Source of the DNA: Nannocystis bainbridge
Lineage (GTDB): Bacteria > Myxococcota_A > Polyangia > Nannocystales > Nannocystaceae
Assembly (NCBI RefSeq): GCF_028368995.1
Contig: NZ_JAQNDL010000002.1
Span: 1-64,000, forward strand
DNA: 64,000 nucleotides
Direction: 5' to 3'
Below the pieces are notes generated by a model. The model worked only from the letters and a program-made list of their open reading frames with translations. It made no database searches and was not told the origin of the DNA. The position numbers and the translations under genes are program-made. Positions 43,645-52,330 of this stretch are shown in pieces. Every line of letters begins with the position of its first letter. Position 1 is the first letter of the stretch.

Positions 43645-43669
43645 GGCGCGGGCGCGCGGCGCTCACGGA

Positions 43670-45403
43670 TCAAGGCGCCGCGGGCGGAGGCTGCTCGGCG
43701 GCCGCATCGGCGGCCGCGGTGGCAGCCGCAGCAGCGGCCGCCGCGGCGGTGCGATCGTGATAGGCCAGCGAGTGGCTCGCCATCTCGGCCATGCGCAGGG
43801 CCATGATGCGTTCGGCCATCACCGCGCCGTCGGCTCCGTGGCGGAGGAGGTGCTCGACCTCGGCTTCGGAGTGGCCGCGGGCGATGATCGTCATGTCGGG
43901 CTTGGCGGCGCGCAGGCGGGCCACGACCTCGCCGGCTTCGAGGGCGTGGGGGATGGCGAGCAGGGCGAGGCGGGCCCCGGCGGGGTTGGTCTCGGCGAGC
44001 ACGCGAGGGTTGGCCGCGTTGCCGCAGATCGCGGCGATGCCGAGGGCCTGGGCGCGGTCGACCAGGTCGGGGTCGGTGTCGAGGACGAGCAGCGGCACCC
44101 CGCGCTCGCTCAGGATCTTGGCGATCGAGCTGCCGACCCGGCCGAAGCCGATCAGCAGGACGAACGGGCCCTCGGGCGGCGGCGGACCGGAGGCGACGAC
44201 CGCCTTTTGCTCGGCCTCGGCGCGGTCGCGGCGGCGCTGCCAGCGATCGAGGGCGGCGAACAGCAGCGGATTGCAGAGGATCGAGAGGATGGCGCCGGCG
44301 AGGACCAGGTCGCGCGCCATCGGCGGCATGATGTCGAGCTCGATGCCGAGGCCGGCGAGGATGAACGAGAACTCGCCGATCTGGGCCAGGCTGGCGGCGA
44401 TCGTCATCGCGGTGCCCAGGGGGTGGCGGAAGGCCAGCACCAGCGCGAGGGCGGCGATCGATTTGCCGATGACGATGATGCCGAAGGTGGCGAGCACCAG
44501 CAGCGGCTCCTCGACGAGGATCCGCGGGTCGAACAGCATGCCGACCGAGACGAAGAACAGCACGGCGAAGGCGTCGCGCAGCGGCAGCGAGTCGCTGGCG
44601 GCCTTGTGGCTGAACTCGGACTCTGCCAGCAGCATGCCGGCGAAGAAGGCGCCGAGGGCCAGCGAGACGTTGAAGAGGATCGCCGCGCCGAGGGCGACGC
44701 CGAGGGCGATCGCCAGGACGCACAGGGTGAACAGCTCGCGCGAGCCGGTCCCGGCGATCTTCTCGAGCGTCCACGGGATGGCGCGCCGACCGACGACGAG
44801 CATGAGGGCGATGAAGCCGGCGACCTTGAGGAGGGTGAGGCCGAGCGAGAGCCACACGTCGCCGCTGCCGCCGTCAGCGGGCGCGCCGGCGATGGCGGGC
44901 ACGAGCACGAGCGCGAGCACCATGGCGAGGTCCTCGACGATGAGCCAGCCGATGGCGATCTTGCCGCGCGGGCTGTCGAGAAGGCGCCGCTCCTCGAGCG
45001 CGCGCAGGAGGACGACGGTGCTGGCGACCGACAGCGCCAGGCCGAACATCAAGCCCGCGCCGGCCGACCAGTCGAGCATCCAGGCCAGGCCGGCGCCGAG
45101 CGCCGTGGCCAGGGCTATCTGGACGACCGCGCCCGGGATCGCGATCGCCTTGACGGCGAGCAGGTCGCGCAGCGAAAAGTGCAGGCCGACCCCGAACATC
45201 AGCAGGATGACGCCGATCTCCGACAGCTCGTTGGCCAGCGCCTGGTCGGCGATGATACCCGGGGTGTACGGGCCGACGACCACGCCCGCGGCGAGGTACC
45301 CGACCAGCGGCGAGAGCCGGAGTCGCGTCGCCAACGAGCCGAGGACGAACGCGACGACCAGACCGGCGGCGATCGTGTCGAGCAGCGGGGTGTGGTGAAG
45401 CAT
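43670..45403 (-). CDS. ybaL: CPA2 K+/H+ antiporter with TrkA-N domain
   Basis: MLHHTPLLDTIAAGL.., VGPYTPG, EIGVILLMFGVGLHFS, GWLIVEDL, PLRDAFAVLFFVSVG, SLAQIGEFSFI, GFGRVG. Confidence 0.9.
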   Translation of the reverse strand: MLHHTPLLDTIAAGLVVAFVLGSLATRLRLSPLVGYLAAGVVVGPYTPGIIADQALANELSEIGVILLMFGVGLHFSLRDLLAVKAIAIPGAVVQIALATALGAGLAWMLDWSAGAGLMFGLALSVASTVVLLRALEERRLLDSPRGKIAIGWLIVEDLAMVLALVLVPAIAGAPADGGSGDVWLSLGLTLLKVAGFIALMLVVGRRAIPWTLEKIAGTGSRELFTLCVLAIALGVALGAAILFNVSLALGAFFAGMLLAESEFSHKAASDSLPLRDAFAVLFFVSVGMLFDPRILVEEPLLVLATFGIIVIGKSIAALALVLAFRHPLGTAMTIAASLAQIGEFSFILAGLGIELDIMPPMARDLVLAGAILSILCNPLLFAALDRWQRRRDRAEAEQKAVVASGPPPPEGPFVLLIGFGRVGSSIAKILSERGVPLLVLDTDPDLVDRAQALGIAAICGNAANPRVLAETNPAGARLALLAIPHALEAGEVVARLRAAKPDMTIIARGHSEAEVEHLLRHGADGAVMAERIMALRMAEMASHSLAYHDRTAAAAAAAAATAAADAAAEQPPPAAP

Positions 45404-45688
45404 CGCTACCTGGCATGCTAACCGCGGCGGTCGGCGCTGCTGACGAGGGCATACGGCAAAAGGCCGGTCACGCTCGCCGCGAATCCGAGTTCGGGCTCGC
45501 AGGACGGGGCCAGGGGCGTCGCGCCGCGCAGGGCCGCGAAGCGGGCTCGGCCGGTCCGGCGCTCGCAGGCCGCGCCGGGCCGGGTCCTGGCAGGCATGTC
45601 ATGTCGCGCGCGGCGGCGATGCAAGACGACGAGCGGTCGACAGGGCTCGTGGGGCGGCTGGATCGCCGGCAGCGCGAGCAGGCGCGCG

Positions 45689-46060
45689 GAGATGTCCTTG
45701 CGGACATGTCATGTCGCGGGCGAGGGCGCGGCGTGGCGGCGGAGCGGAGATGTCCTTGCGGACATGTCATGTCACGGGTGATCGCGGGGCCGTGAGCGCT
45801 CGCGGAGGGAGCCGGGGATGGATGTCCGGAAACGGAGGGGATGTCCCTTGGGACATGCTGGGTCGAAGCGACTCCAGCGCCGGCGCCGGGGCACGCGGCG
45901 AGGGCTCCGCGGGCATGCCATGGCGGTCGCGGCGCTGGCGTGGTGCCAGCGACAGGCAAGCCGGCGGTATATGTCCTTGCGGACACGTCATCGCGCGGGC
46001 GATCGTCGTCGGCCATGGGCAACCGCGTGGACGAGCCGGGATGTCCTTGCGGACATGTCA
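45689..46060. repeat. Dispersed conserved 20-27-bp repeat (palindrome core) with unique spacers
   Basis: ATGTCCTTGCGGACAYGTCA at 45692, 45750, 45971, 46041; variant at 45841. Confidence 0.85.
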
Positions 46061-46324
46061 CGTCCCGGGCCGCAGATGTTGCGGTCGGAGAGCGTCGAGG
46101 CGGCGCGACGGCGGGCCCGACGAGCGCAGAAATGTCCTGGCGGTTCCGCCGAGTCGGGGGGGCGCCCACGCTGTCGTCGGGCGCGCGCGGGCGGCCTTTT
46201 GTCGAGCGCTCGCGGGATCGGCGGGGATCGGCCGGGTCGCGTGGGCGCGGGCGGTGGGCGCGATGGAAGACAGGGCGAGCTCGGCTCCCGGTGCGGCTGG
46301 GCGGCGAGCGGCGATCGCATCGCT

Positions 46325-46405
46325 CCAGGACATGCTCGAATGGTCATGTCCTTGGAGACATGTAGTAGAGGACATGACGATATCGGCATGTCCTTCGGGA
46401 CATTC
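46325..46405. repeat. Phased 14-bp palindrome array (6 centres)
   Basis: Centres at 46331, 46345, 46359, 46373, 46387, 46401. Confidence 0.9.
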
Positions 46406-46421
46406 TGCCCGAGGCCGAGGC

Positions 46422-47942
46422 TCAGGGCGCTTCTTCGCCCTCGAGGCCGTGCGCCAGCGGCAGGGTGAACGTGAACACCGTGCCGGTGTGGTCGCTGGCG
46501 ACCTGCATGCGGCCGTCGTGGGCGTCGACGATGCTGCGGGCGATCGACAGGCCGAGGCCGAGGCCCTTCTTGCCGCCGCGGACCGTCGACCAGAACGGCT
46601 CGAAGATGTGGGGCAGGTCGGCCTCGTCGATGCCGGGCCCGTGGTCGCCGACGGCGAAGCGGACCTGGCCGCCCTCGATCTCGCCGTCGACGGTGACCTC
46701 CTGGCCGGACGCGCTGAACTTGATCGCGTTGTCGAGCAGGTTGCCGAACACCTGGGCGATCCGGGTGCGGTCGCAGAACAGCGGGGCCTGGGCCATGCGC
46801 AGGCGAGCGACCAGGCGCACTCTCTTTTTGTCCGCGAGCGGCTTCTGCAGCGCGAGCGCCTCCTCGACGATCTCGCGGGCGTCGGCGACCTCGCGCTCGA
46901 GCACGGTGGCGCGGCCGGCCTGGGCGCCGGCGAGGTCGAGCAGGTTCTCGGTGAGGCGCTCGATGCGGGCGGCGCTGCGCTGGATGACGGCGACGTTCTC
47001 CTCGGCGTCGCGGAGCTTCTTGACCAGCACGGTGGTGCCGAGGGTGATGGCGCTGAGCGGGTTGCGCAGGTCGTGCGAGACGACGGTGAGCACGTCCTCG
47101 CGGGCCTGGCTGGCGCGCAGGGCCTCGGCGTGTTGGCAGGCGTTGTCGAGGGCGAGGGCGAGCCGGTCGGCGAGGCGGCGCACCAGATCGAGGTCCTCGG
47201 CGTCGAGGCGGCGCGCGGCCAGCAAGCGGACGACACCGAGCGCGCGATCGCGGGCGATCAGCGGCGCGACCAGGCCGGTGCGCAAACCGAGCTCGTGCAG
47301 CGGCGCATCGAGGCGGCCGAGGTCGTCGAAGCCGCGGGCGCGGCTGTCCCGAAGGACATCCAGGGCGTGGTCGTGCAGCGGGAACAGGTCGTGCAGCGGC
47401 CGCTCGTGCAACAGGGCGGCGTCGGCGTGGGCGAGGCCGATCAGGCGCAGCTCGTCCTCGGCCTCGAGCAGCGAGACGAGGGCGACGTCGCCGAGGCGCG
47501 GGGCCAGCAGCTCGGCGCCGAGCTGACCGACGCGGGCGACTTCGAGGGACTCGAGCAGCAGGCGACCGGCGTCGTCGAGCAGCCCGGCGGCGGTTTGGCG
47601 GCGCCGCTCGGCGCCGACGTCGGTGAGCACGGCGACGGCCGCGACCACGGCCCCGGCGCTGTCACGCACCGGCACGGCGCGCACGTGGACGTGGACGACC
47701 TCGCCGCCGGCGGTGACGCGGCGGACATCCTCGTCGATGACGGCGCCGGCGAGGCAGCGCGCGAGCGGGTGATGGCGAGGGTCGTCGGGGAAGTAGGCCA
47801 GGAGGGCCGCCGCGGCGCCGCTGGCGGCCACGGGGGTGCCGTGCGGCGCGGCGGCGACGACGGCGTCGAGGGAGCCGAGGCGGGCGAGGGCGTCGACGAT
47901 CCGGCGCGCGGGATCGGGGAGGACAGCAACGGGCTCGCGCAT
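46422..47942 (-). CDS. Sensor histidine kinase (PAS-like, GAF, HisKA, HATPase)
   Basis: VSHDLRNPL, NLLDNAIKF, DHGPGI, IFEPF, GLGLGL. Confidence 0.95.
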   Translation of the reverse strand: MREPVAVLPDPARRIVDALARLGSLDAVVAAAPHGTPVAASGAAAALLAYFPDDPRHHPLARCLAGAVIDEDVRRVTAGGEVVHVHVRAVPVRDSAGAVVAAVAVLTDVGAERRRQTAAGLLDDAGRLLLESLEVARVGQLGAELLAPRLGDVALVSLLEAEDELRLIGLAHADAALLHERPLHDLFPLHDHALDVLRDSRARGFDDLGRLDAPLHELGLRTGLVAPLIARDRALGVVRLLAARRLDAEDLDLVRRLADRLALALDNACQHAEALRASQAREDVLTVVSHDLRNPLSAITLGTTVLVKKLRDAEENVAVIQRSAARIERLTENLLDLAGAQAGRATVLEREVADAREIVEEALALQKPLADKKRVRLVARLRMAQAPLFCDRTRIAQVFGNLLDNAIKFSASGQEVTVDGEIEGGQVRFAVGDHGPGIDEADLPHIFEPFWSTVRGGKKGLGLGLSIARSIVDAHDGRMQVASDHTGTVFTFTLPLAHGLEGEEAP

Positions 47943-48173
47943 GCCCGAATCAACGTAGCACCCGCAGCGGTCGCTCCCGGCGCCGGTGTGGAGCGGCGCA
48001 CGCGGAGGCTTCGCGGGCGATCGACACAGGCGCTGCGGAGGGGGCGCCGGCCGGTGACGAGCGCCGCGGGGCGCATGGCGATGAGTGTGGGGCGGGGGGA
48101 CTCGTGGCGGTGATGCGAGCAGGATTCGCGGCGGAGGTCGCTCGATGCGATGCGCATCGAGTGGGGTCGCGAA

Positions 48174-49685
48174 TCAGCGGCGATCGTCGCAGTGCTCCGG
48201 CGGGTGGACTTCGGTGGCGGCGCGTGGGGCCACCTCGGGCGCTGCTTCGGGCAGCGGTGGGTCGCTCATGGCGAACGCTGCGAGCACGTGGGCGGTGGCG
48301 CGGGTGTTCTCGAGCAAGGCGTCGCGGCTGTAGTTGTCGCGGTCGTCGCAGCGGGCGTGGTAGCAGGGGTCGTAGGCGACCTCGGCCTCGCCGCCGAACA
48401 GCTGGGCCTCGTGGCTGCTCTTGCGGGCCTCGGCGCCGGTGAACAGGCCGCCGGCGGCGATGTCGTGGCGGATGAAGGCCCAGTAGTCGGAGCGGCCGTC
48501 GAACGCGGTCTCGCGGGTGGGCACGCCGAGGTCGACGAAGTAGTCGGTGAGCGCGGCCTCGATCGCGGCCGAGCCCGGGGGCCCGGCCTTTTGCCACGCC
48601 GAGCCGTCGCCGTCGTAGACGAAGCGGACCGGGTTGGGCGAGGCGATCATGTCGAGGTTGAGGTAGAGCGCGATCGCGGCGCGAGCCTCCGCGGACATGG
48701 ACTCGACGTGGTGGATCGAGCCGAGCAGGCCGAGCTCCTCGGCGCCCCAGAAGGCGAAGCGGACCTGATGGCGCAGATCACAGCGCGGCAGGGCGCCGGC
48801 GATGCCGAGCAGCGCGGCGACGCCGGAGCCGTTGTCGTTGACGCCGGGGCCGGCCGGCACCGAATCGAGGTGGGCGCCGAGCATGACGACGCGGCCGCTG
48901 GCGGTCGGCGCGGTGTCGGCGATCACGTTGAAGCTCTCGCGCACGACGGCCTCGGCGGCGATGACGAGGCGCAGCCGCAGGTCGCTCGGCTGCGCCAGCG
49001 CCTCGCCGAGCGCGTAGGGCACGGCGACGACGGGCAGGGTGGTGCCGGGGTCGAGGCGGGCCGTGAACAGGGGCAGGCGCTCGGGGATGTCGCCTTGATT
49101 GAAGTAGACGACCGCGGCGGCGCCGGCCGCGACGGCGTGGTCGACCTTCTGCTGGTGGGTGCAGCCGCCGCGCTGCAGGAGGGCGATGCTGCCGGGGAAG
49201 AAGCCGGCGAAGTCCTCGGGCTGGCAGCCGCTGGTGGATTTATTATCTGGCCCGAGAGACAGGTCGACGGGGAGCACGGGCCCGGCGACGTCGCCGCTGG
49301 CCGAGAAGGCGGCGACGCGGAAATCGACGCCGGCCTCGTACTCGGGGCCGGGCGCGTCGGGCCAGTGGAGGCGCGGCGGGGCCAGCAGGACGAAATCGTC
49401 GAAGGTGAAGGGCTCGCGGCGCACGGTCAGGCCAGCGGCGAGCAGCTTCTCGGCGACGTACTCGACGGAGGCCGCGAAGCCGTCGGTGCCGGCGGCGCGG
49501 GTGTCGGCGTGGACCTGGCCGAGGTCGGCGAGGGCGAGCAGGTGCAACTCGAGCGTGACGAGGTCGATCGTCTCGGCGAGCGGCGCGGGGCAGCCGGCCG
49601 GTTCGCCGCTCGGCGAGCCCGAACAGGCAGGGGCGGCCAGCGCGAGGGCGAGCGCGAGGGGCCGGATCCGTGGCTCGCGGCGCAC
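48174..49685 (-). CDS. M28 aminopeptidase lipoprotein with PA domain
   Basis: Lipobox AAPAC; IALLQRGGC, GAHLDSV, NDNGSG, WGAEELG, LNLDM, RSDY, CYH. Confidence 0.95.
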   Translation of the reverse strand: MRREPRIRPLALALALAAPACSGSPSGEPAGCPAPLAETIDLVTLELHLLALADLGQVHADTRAAGTDGFAASVEYVAEKLLAAGLTVRREPFTFDDFVLLAPPRLHWPDAPGPEYEAGVDFRVAAFSASGDVAGPVLPVDLSLGPDNKSTSGCQPEDFAGFFPGSIALLQRGGCTHQQKVDHAVAAGAAAVVYFNQGDIPERLPLFTARLDPGTTLPVVAVPYALGEALAQPSDLRLRLVIAAEAVVRESFNVIADTAPTASGRVVMLGAHLDSVPAGPGVNDNGSGVAALLGIAGALPRCDLRHQVRFAFWGAEELGLLGSIHHVESMSAEARAAIALYLNLDMIASPNPVRFVYDGDGSAWQKAGPPGSAAIEAALTDYFVDLGVPTRETAFDGRSDYWAFIRHDIAAGGLFTGAEARKSSHEAQLFGGEAEVAYDPCYHARCDDRDNYSRDALLENTRATAHVLAAFAMSDPPLPEAAPEVAPRAATEVHPPEHCDDRR

Positions 49686-49922
49686 GCGATCAGGATAGCG
49701 CATCCGGCACGCGGCACGCGGGCGCGGGCGCACGAAGGGTCGCGGCTCGGCGATGAACGTGGTCCGAGTGTCAGGGCAGCGCGCCCGTAGATCGGCGAGC
49801 GGCACGGCGGCGCGGAGGGTCGGTGAAATCGCGCGGACTGCCGGGGCCACGCATCGCGGGGCCGCGTGCAGCACGGCGGCGCGGGTCGTCGGCGGATGGG
49901 CGCGGAGCCGCGGCGCAGCGCG

Positions 49923-50858
49923 TCACGGGCCGGTCCACACGTAGCCGGCGACGGCCTCGTACTGGTAGCCGAACATCGCCACCGCGCTGTCGCGCTCGCC
50001 CTCGCTGGTCGTGTAGAAGTGGTCGCCCTTGCCGTAGAGGCGGAACAGCGGGACCGCGCCGCACTGCGGGTCGGTGGCGATGTGGCCGAGCGGGCCCTCG
50101 GGCGTGGCCGCGTTCTCGCAGGTCGCGCTGGTGGTGTAGAAGCGGCGGCCGTCGCCCTTGAGGCAGCGGTAGAACGGGACCAGGCCGGTGCCGGGGGCCG
50201 CGTAGAGGAAGAAGAAGTTGAGCGACTCGGGGCTGAAGTCGCCGGACATCGCCTCGGCGGCGTCGACCGTATAGAAGTGGCCGAGCGTCGGGCTCGAGCT
50301 GCGGTGGACGCCGACGCGGCAGCCGGGCAGGGCGCCCTCGTCGCACACGCCGTCGCAGTTGTCGTCGAACACGTTGCACGCCTCGGCCTTGTCGGGCTTG
50401 CAGACCAGGCCGCACATCTGCCCGGGCGCGAGCTGCTGCTCGCAGCCGTTGTTCGGATCGGCGTCGCAGTCGAACCAGCCGTCGTCGCACTCGCCGAGGG
50501 CGCACTGGCCCGCGCTGCAGGCCGACGTGGCCCGCGGGATCACGCAGCTGATGCCGCACTTGCCGCAATTGGCGGGGTCGGTCATGAGGTCGACGCACTG
50601 CACGCCGCAGGTGATCAGTGGGTCGCACACGAGCGGCGGGTCGTCGACGCCACTGCCGCTCGTGGAGCTGCTGGTGTCGCCCGTGGAGGTCGGCGGGGCG
50701 TCGGTGGTGCCGGTGGTGCCGGGCTCGCCGGTGCTCGTCTCGGTGCCGGTCGCGTCGGGCCCGGTCGGGGTCGAGGCGGTCGAGCTGTCGGCCCGGCCGT
50801 CGTCGCCGCAGGCGGGCAGGAGCGTCAGCGCGACGAAGAGACATGTCCCGGAGGACAT
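49923..50858 (-). CDS. Cys-rich lipoprotein with putative metal-binding repeat and C-terminal DUF5648-like repeats
   Basis: Lipobox LLPAC; DPANCGKCG, EACNVFDDNCDGVCDEG, HFYT repeats, GYQYEAVAGYVW. Confidence 0.8.
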   Translation of the reverse strand: MSSGTCLFVALTLLPACGDDGRADSSTASTPTGPDATGTETSTGEPGTTGTTDAPPTSTGDTSSSTSGSGVDDPPLVCDPLITCGVQCVDLMTDPANCGKCGISCVIPRATSACSAGQCALGECDDGWFDCDADPNNGCEQQLAPGQMCGLVCKPDKAEACNVFDDNCDGVCDEGALPGCRVGVHRSSSPTLGHFYTVDAAEAMSGDFSPESLNFFFLYAAPGTGLVPFYRCLKGDGRRFYTTSATCENAATPEGPLGHIATDPQCGAVPLFRLYGKGDHFYTTSEGERDSAVAMFGYQYEAVAGYVWTGP

Positions 50859-50910
50859 GGCGCGAGCACCATGGCGTGATGGCCATGTCCCGGAGGACAT
50901 GGCACATGCG
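50840..50910. repeat. Phased 14-bp array overlapping a translation start
   Basis: CATG at 50842, 50856, 50870, 50884, 50898; CATGTCCCGGAGGACATGG occurs twice. Confidence 0.9.
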
Positions 50911-50947
50911 CCAGGTCGAAGCAGCGGGGTCCCGCGGGGCATGGCGC

Positions 50948-52330
50948 TCAGGCCAGGATCCCGGTGAGGTGCTCGGTGGTCTCGCCGCCGTTGAAGCCGT
51001 AGCTGGGGGTGTCGATGCCGAGCGCGCGCAGGATGGTGACGTGGACCTTGCAGAGGTTGCCGCCCTGCTCGCGGTAGTGGTAGCCGCGGACCAGCTTGCC
51101 GCCGGCGCCGCCGGCCAGGACCACCGGCATCTCGGCGGTGCTGTGCTTGTAGCCCTCGCCGTACTCGGACGCCCCGTAGACGCAGGCGCGGTCGAGCACG
51201 CTGACGCCCATCGGGTCGACGGCGGCGGCGAGGTGGTCGAGCAGGCGGGCGAACGCCAGCATCTGGTACTCGGTGATGCTGCGGACGTGCTCCCACTGAC
51301 CGTCGTGGCAGACCTGGTGCATCCCGTTGGGCACGCCGAGGTTGTTGAACACGTGGGTGGTGGCCGGCGAGCTCAGCATGAACGAGAACACGCGGGTGAG
51401 GCCGCAGTTGAGCGCGGCGGCCAGCAGCCCGGCCATGATGTCGGTGCGGGCGACGACGTCGGCCGAGTCGCCGGGGGCGGCGGGGATGATGTCACATGTC
51501 CCGGAGGACAGATCGAGGCGGCGCTGGACCTCGCGCAGGTGGTCGAGGTGGGCCTCGAGCCGCTGCTTGTCGGTGCCGCCGAGGCGGCCGCGCAGGCCCT
51601 CGGCGTCGGCCATGACGGCGTCGATGAGGGTGACGCGGCGGGTCAGCGCCATCAGGTCGGCCGGCACGTCGAACAGCATCGAGTAGAGCTGCGCGGGGCT
51701 GTGGATCGCCCCGACCGGCGAGTCGGGGCCGGTGAACGAGATGGCGTTCCAGTGGCCGTAGTCGTGGAAGCGGGCCTCGCTGACGCCGAGGCACAGCGAA
51801 CGGAACCGCGAAGGCGTGTTGCCGTAGAACTGCTCGTGACCGGCGATGTACTGGTCGAGGGTCGGCCGCAGGCAGGTCAGGGTGTGCGACGGGTGATCGA
51901 AGCCCTCGGGGCGGATGCGGTCGCCGGTCATCGCCACCATGAAGCCGCGCATGTGGCCGTCGCTCTGGCCGTTGTCGGGCTGCGGGACCTCGGTCTTGGG
52001 CTCGAGGCCGGTGGCGACGCTGACCTTGTGGGCGGCGAGCGGCGTGAGCAGCGGCGAGGGCGTGAAGTCGGCGCCGAGCGTGGGCGGGGTCCAGACGTCG
52101 CCGCCGGGGCTGTTGGCGCCCTGATCGGCGCCGTGCCCGGCGTGCCACGGGACGCCGTTGGCCCAGTAGAACAGGCCGAAGATCGGGTCGCTGCTCGGGT
52201 CGGCGGCGCGGGCCTCCTCGGCGAACATCGCCTCGAGCGGCGGCAGGGCGAGGGCCACGGCGGCGCCGCCGACGGCCCCGCGCAGGACGGTGCGGCGGGA
52301 GATGGGCGGTTTGCGGATCAGGAAGGTCAT
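50948..52330 (-). CDS. DUF1552 family protein (Tat signal)
   Basis: ISRRTVLRG..ALALPPLEAM, FYWANG, TLDQ, RLEAHLDHLREV, ALNCGLTRV, VVLAGGAGG. ATGA overlap with the upstream gene. Confidence 0.9.
   Translation of the reverse strand: MTFLIRKPPISRRTVLRGAVGGAAVALALPPLEAMFAEEARAADPSSDPIFGLFYWANGVPWHAGHGADQGANSPGGDVWTPPTLGADFTPSPLLTPLAAHKVSVATGLEPKTEVPQPDNGQSDGHMRGFMVAMTGDRIRPEGFDHPSHTLTCLRPTLDQYIAGHEQFYGNTPSRFRSLCLGVSEARFHDYGHWNAISFTGPDSPVGAIHSPAQLYSMLFDVPADLMALTRRVTLIDAVMADAEGLRGRLGGTDKQRLEAHLDHLREVQRRLDLSSGTCDIIPAAPGDSADVVARTDIMAGLLAAALNCGLTRVFSFMLSSPATTHVFNNLGVPNGMHQVCHDGQWEHVRSITEYQMLAFARLLDHLAAAVDPMGVSVLDRACVYGASEYGEGYKHSTAEMPVVLAGGAGGKLVRGYHYREQGGNLCKVHVTILRALGIDTPSYGFNGGETTEHLTGILA

Noticed and set aside
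45689-46060. Canonical CRISPR array
   Set aside because: Spacer lengths range from about 35 to 110 bp and no cas genes are present. Kept only as an unexplained repeat.
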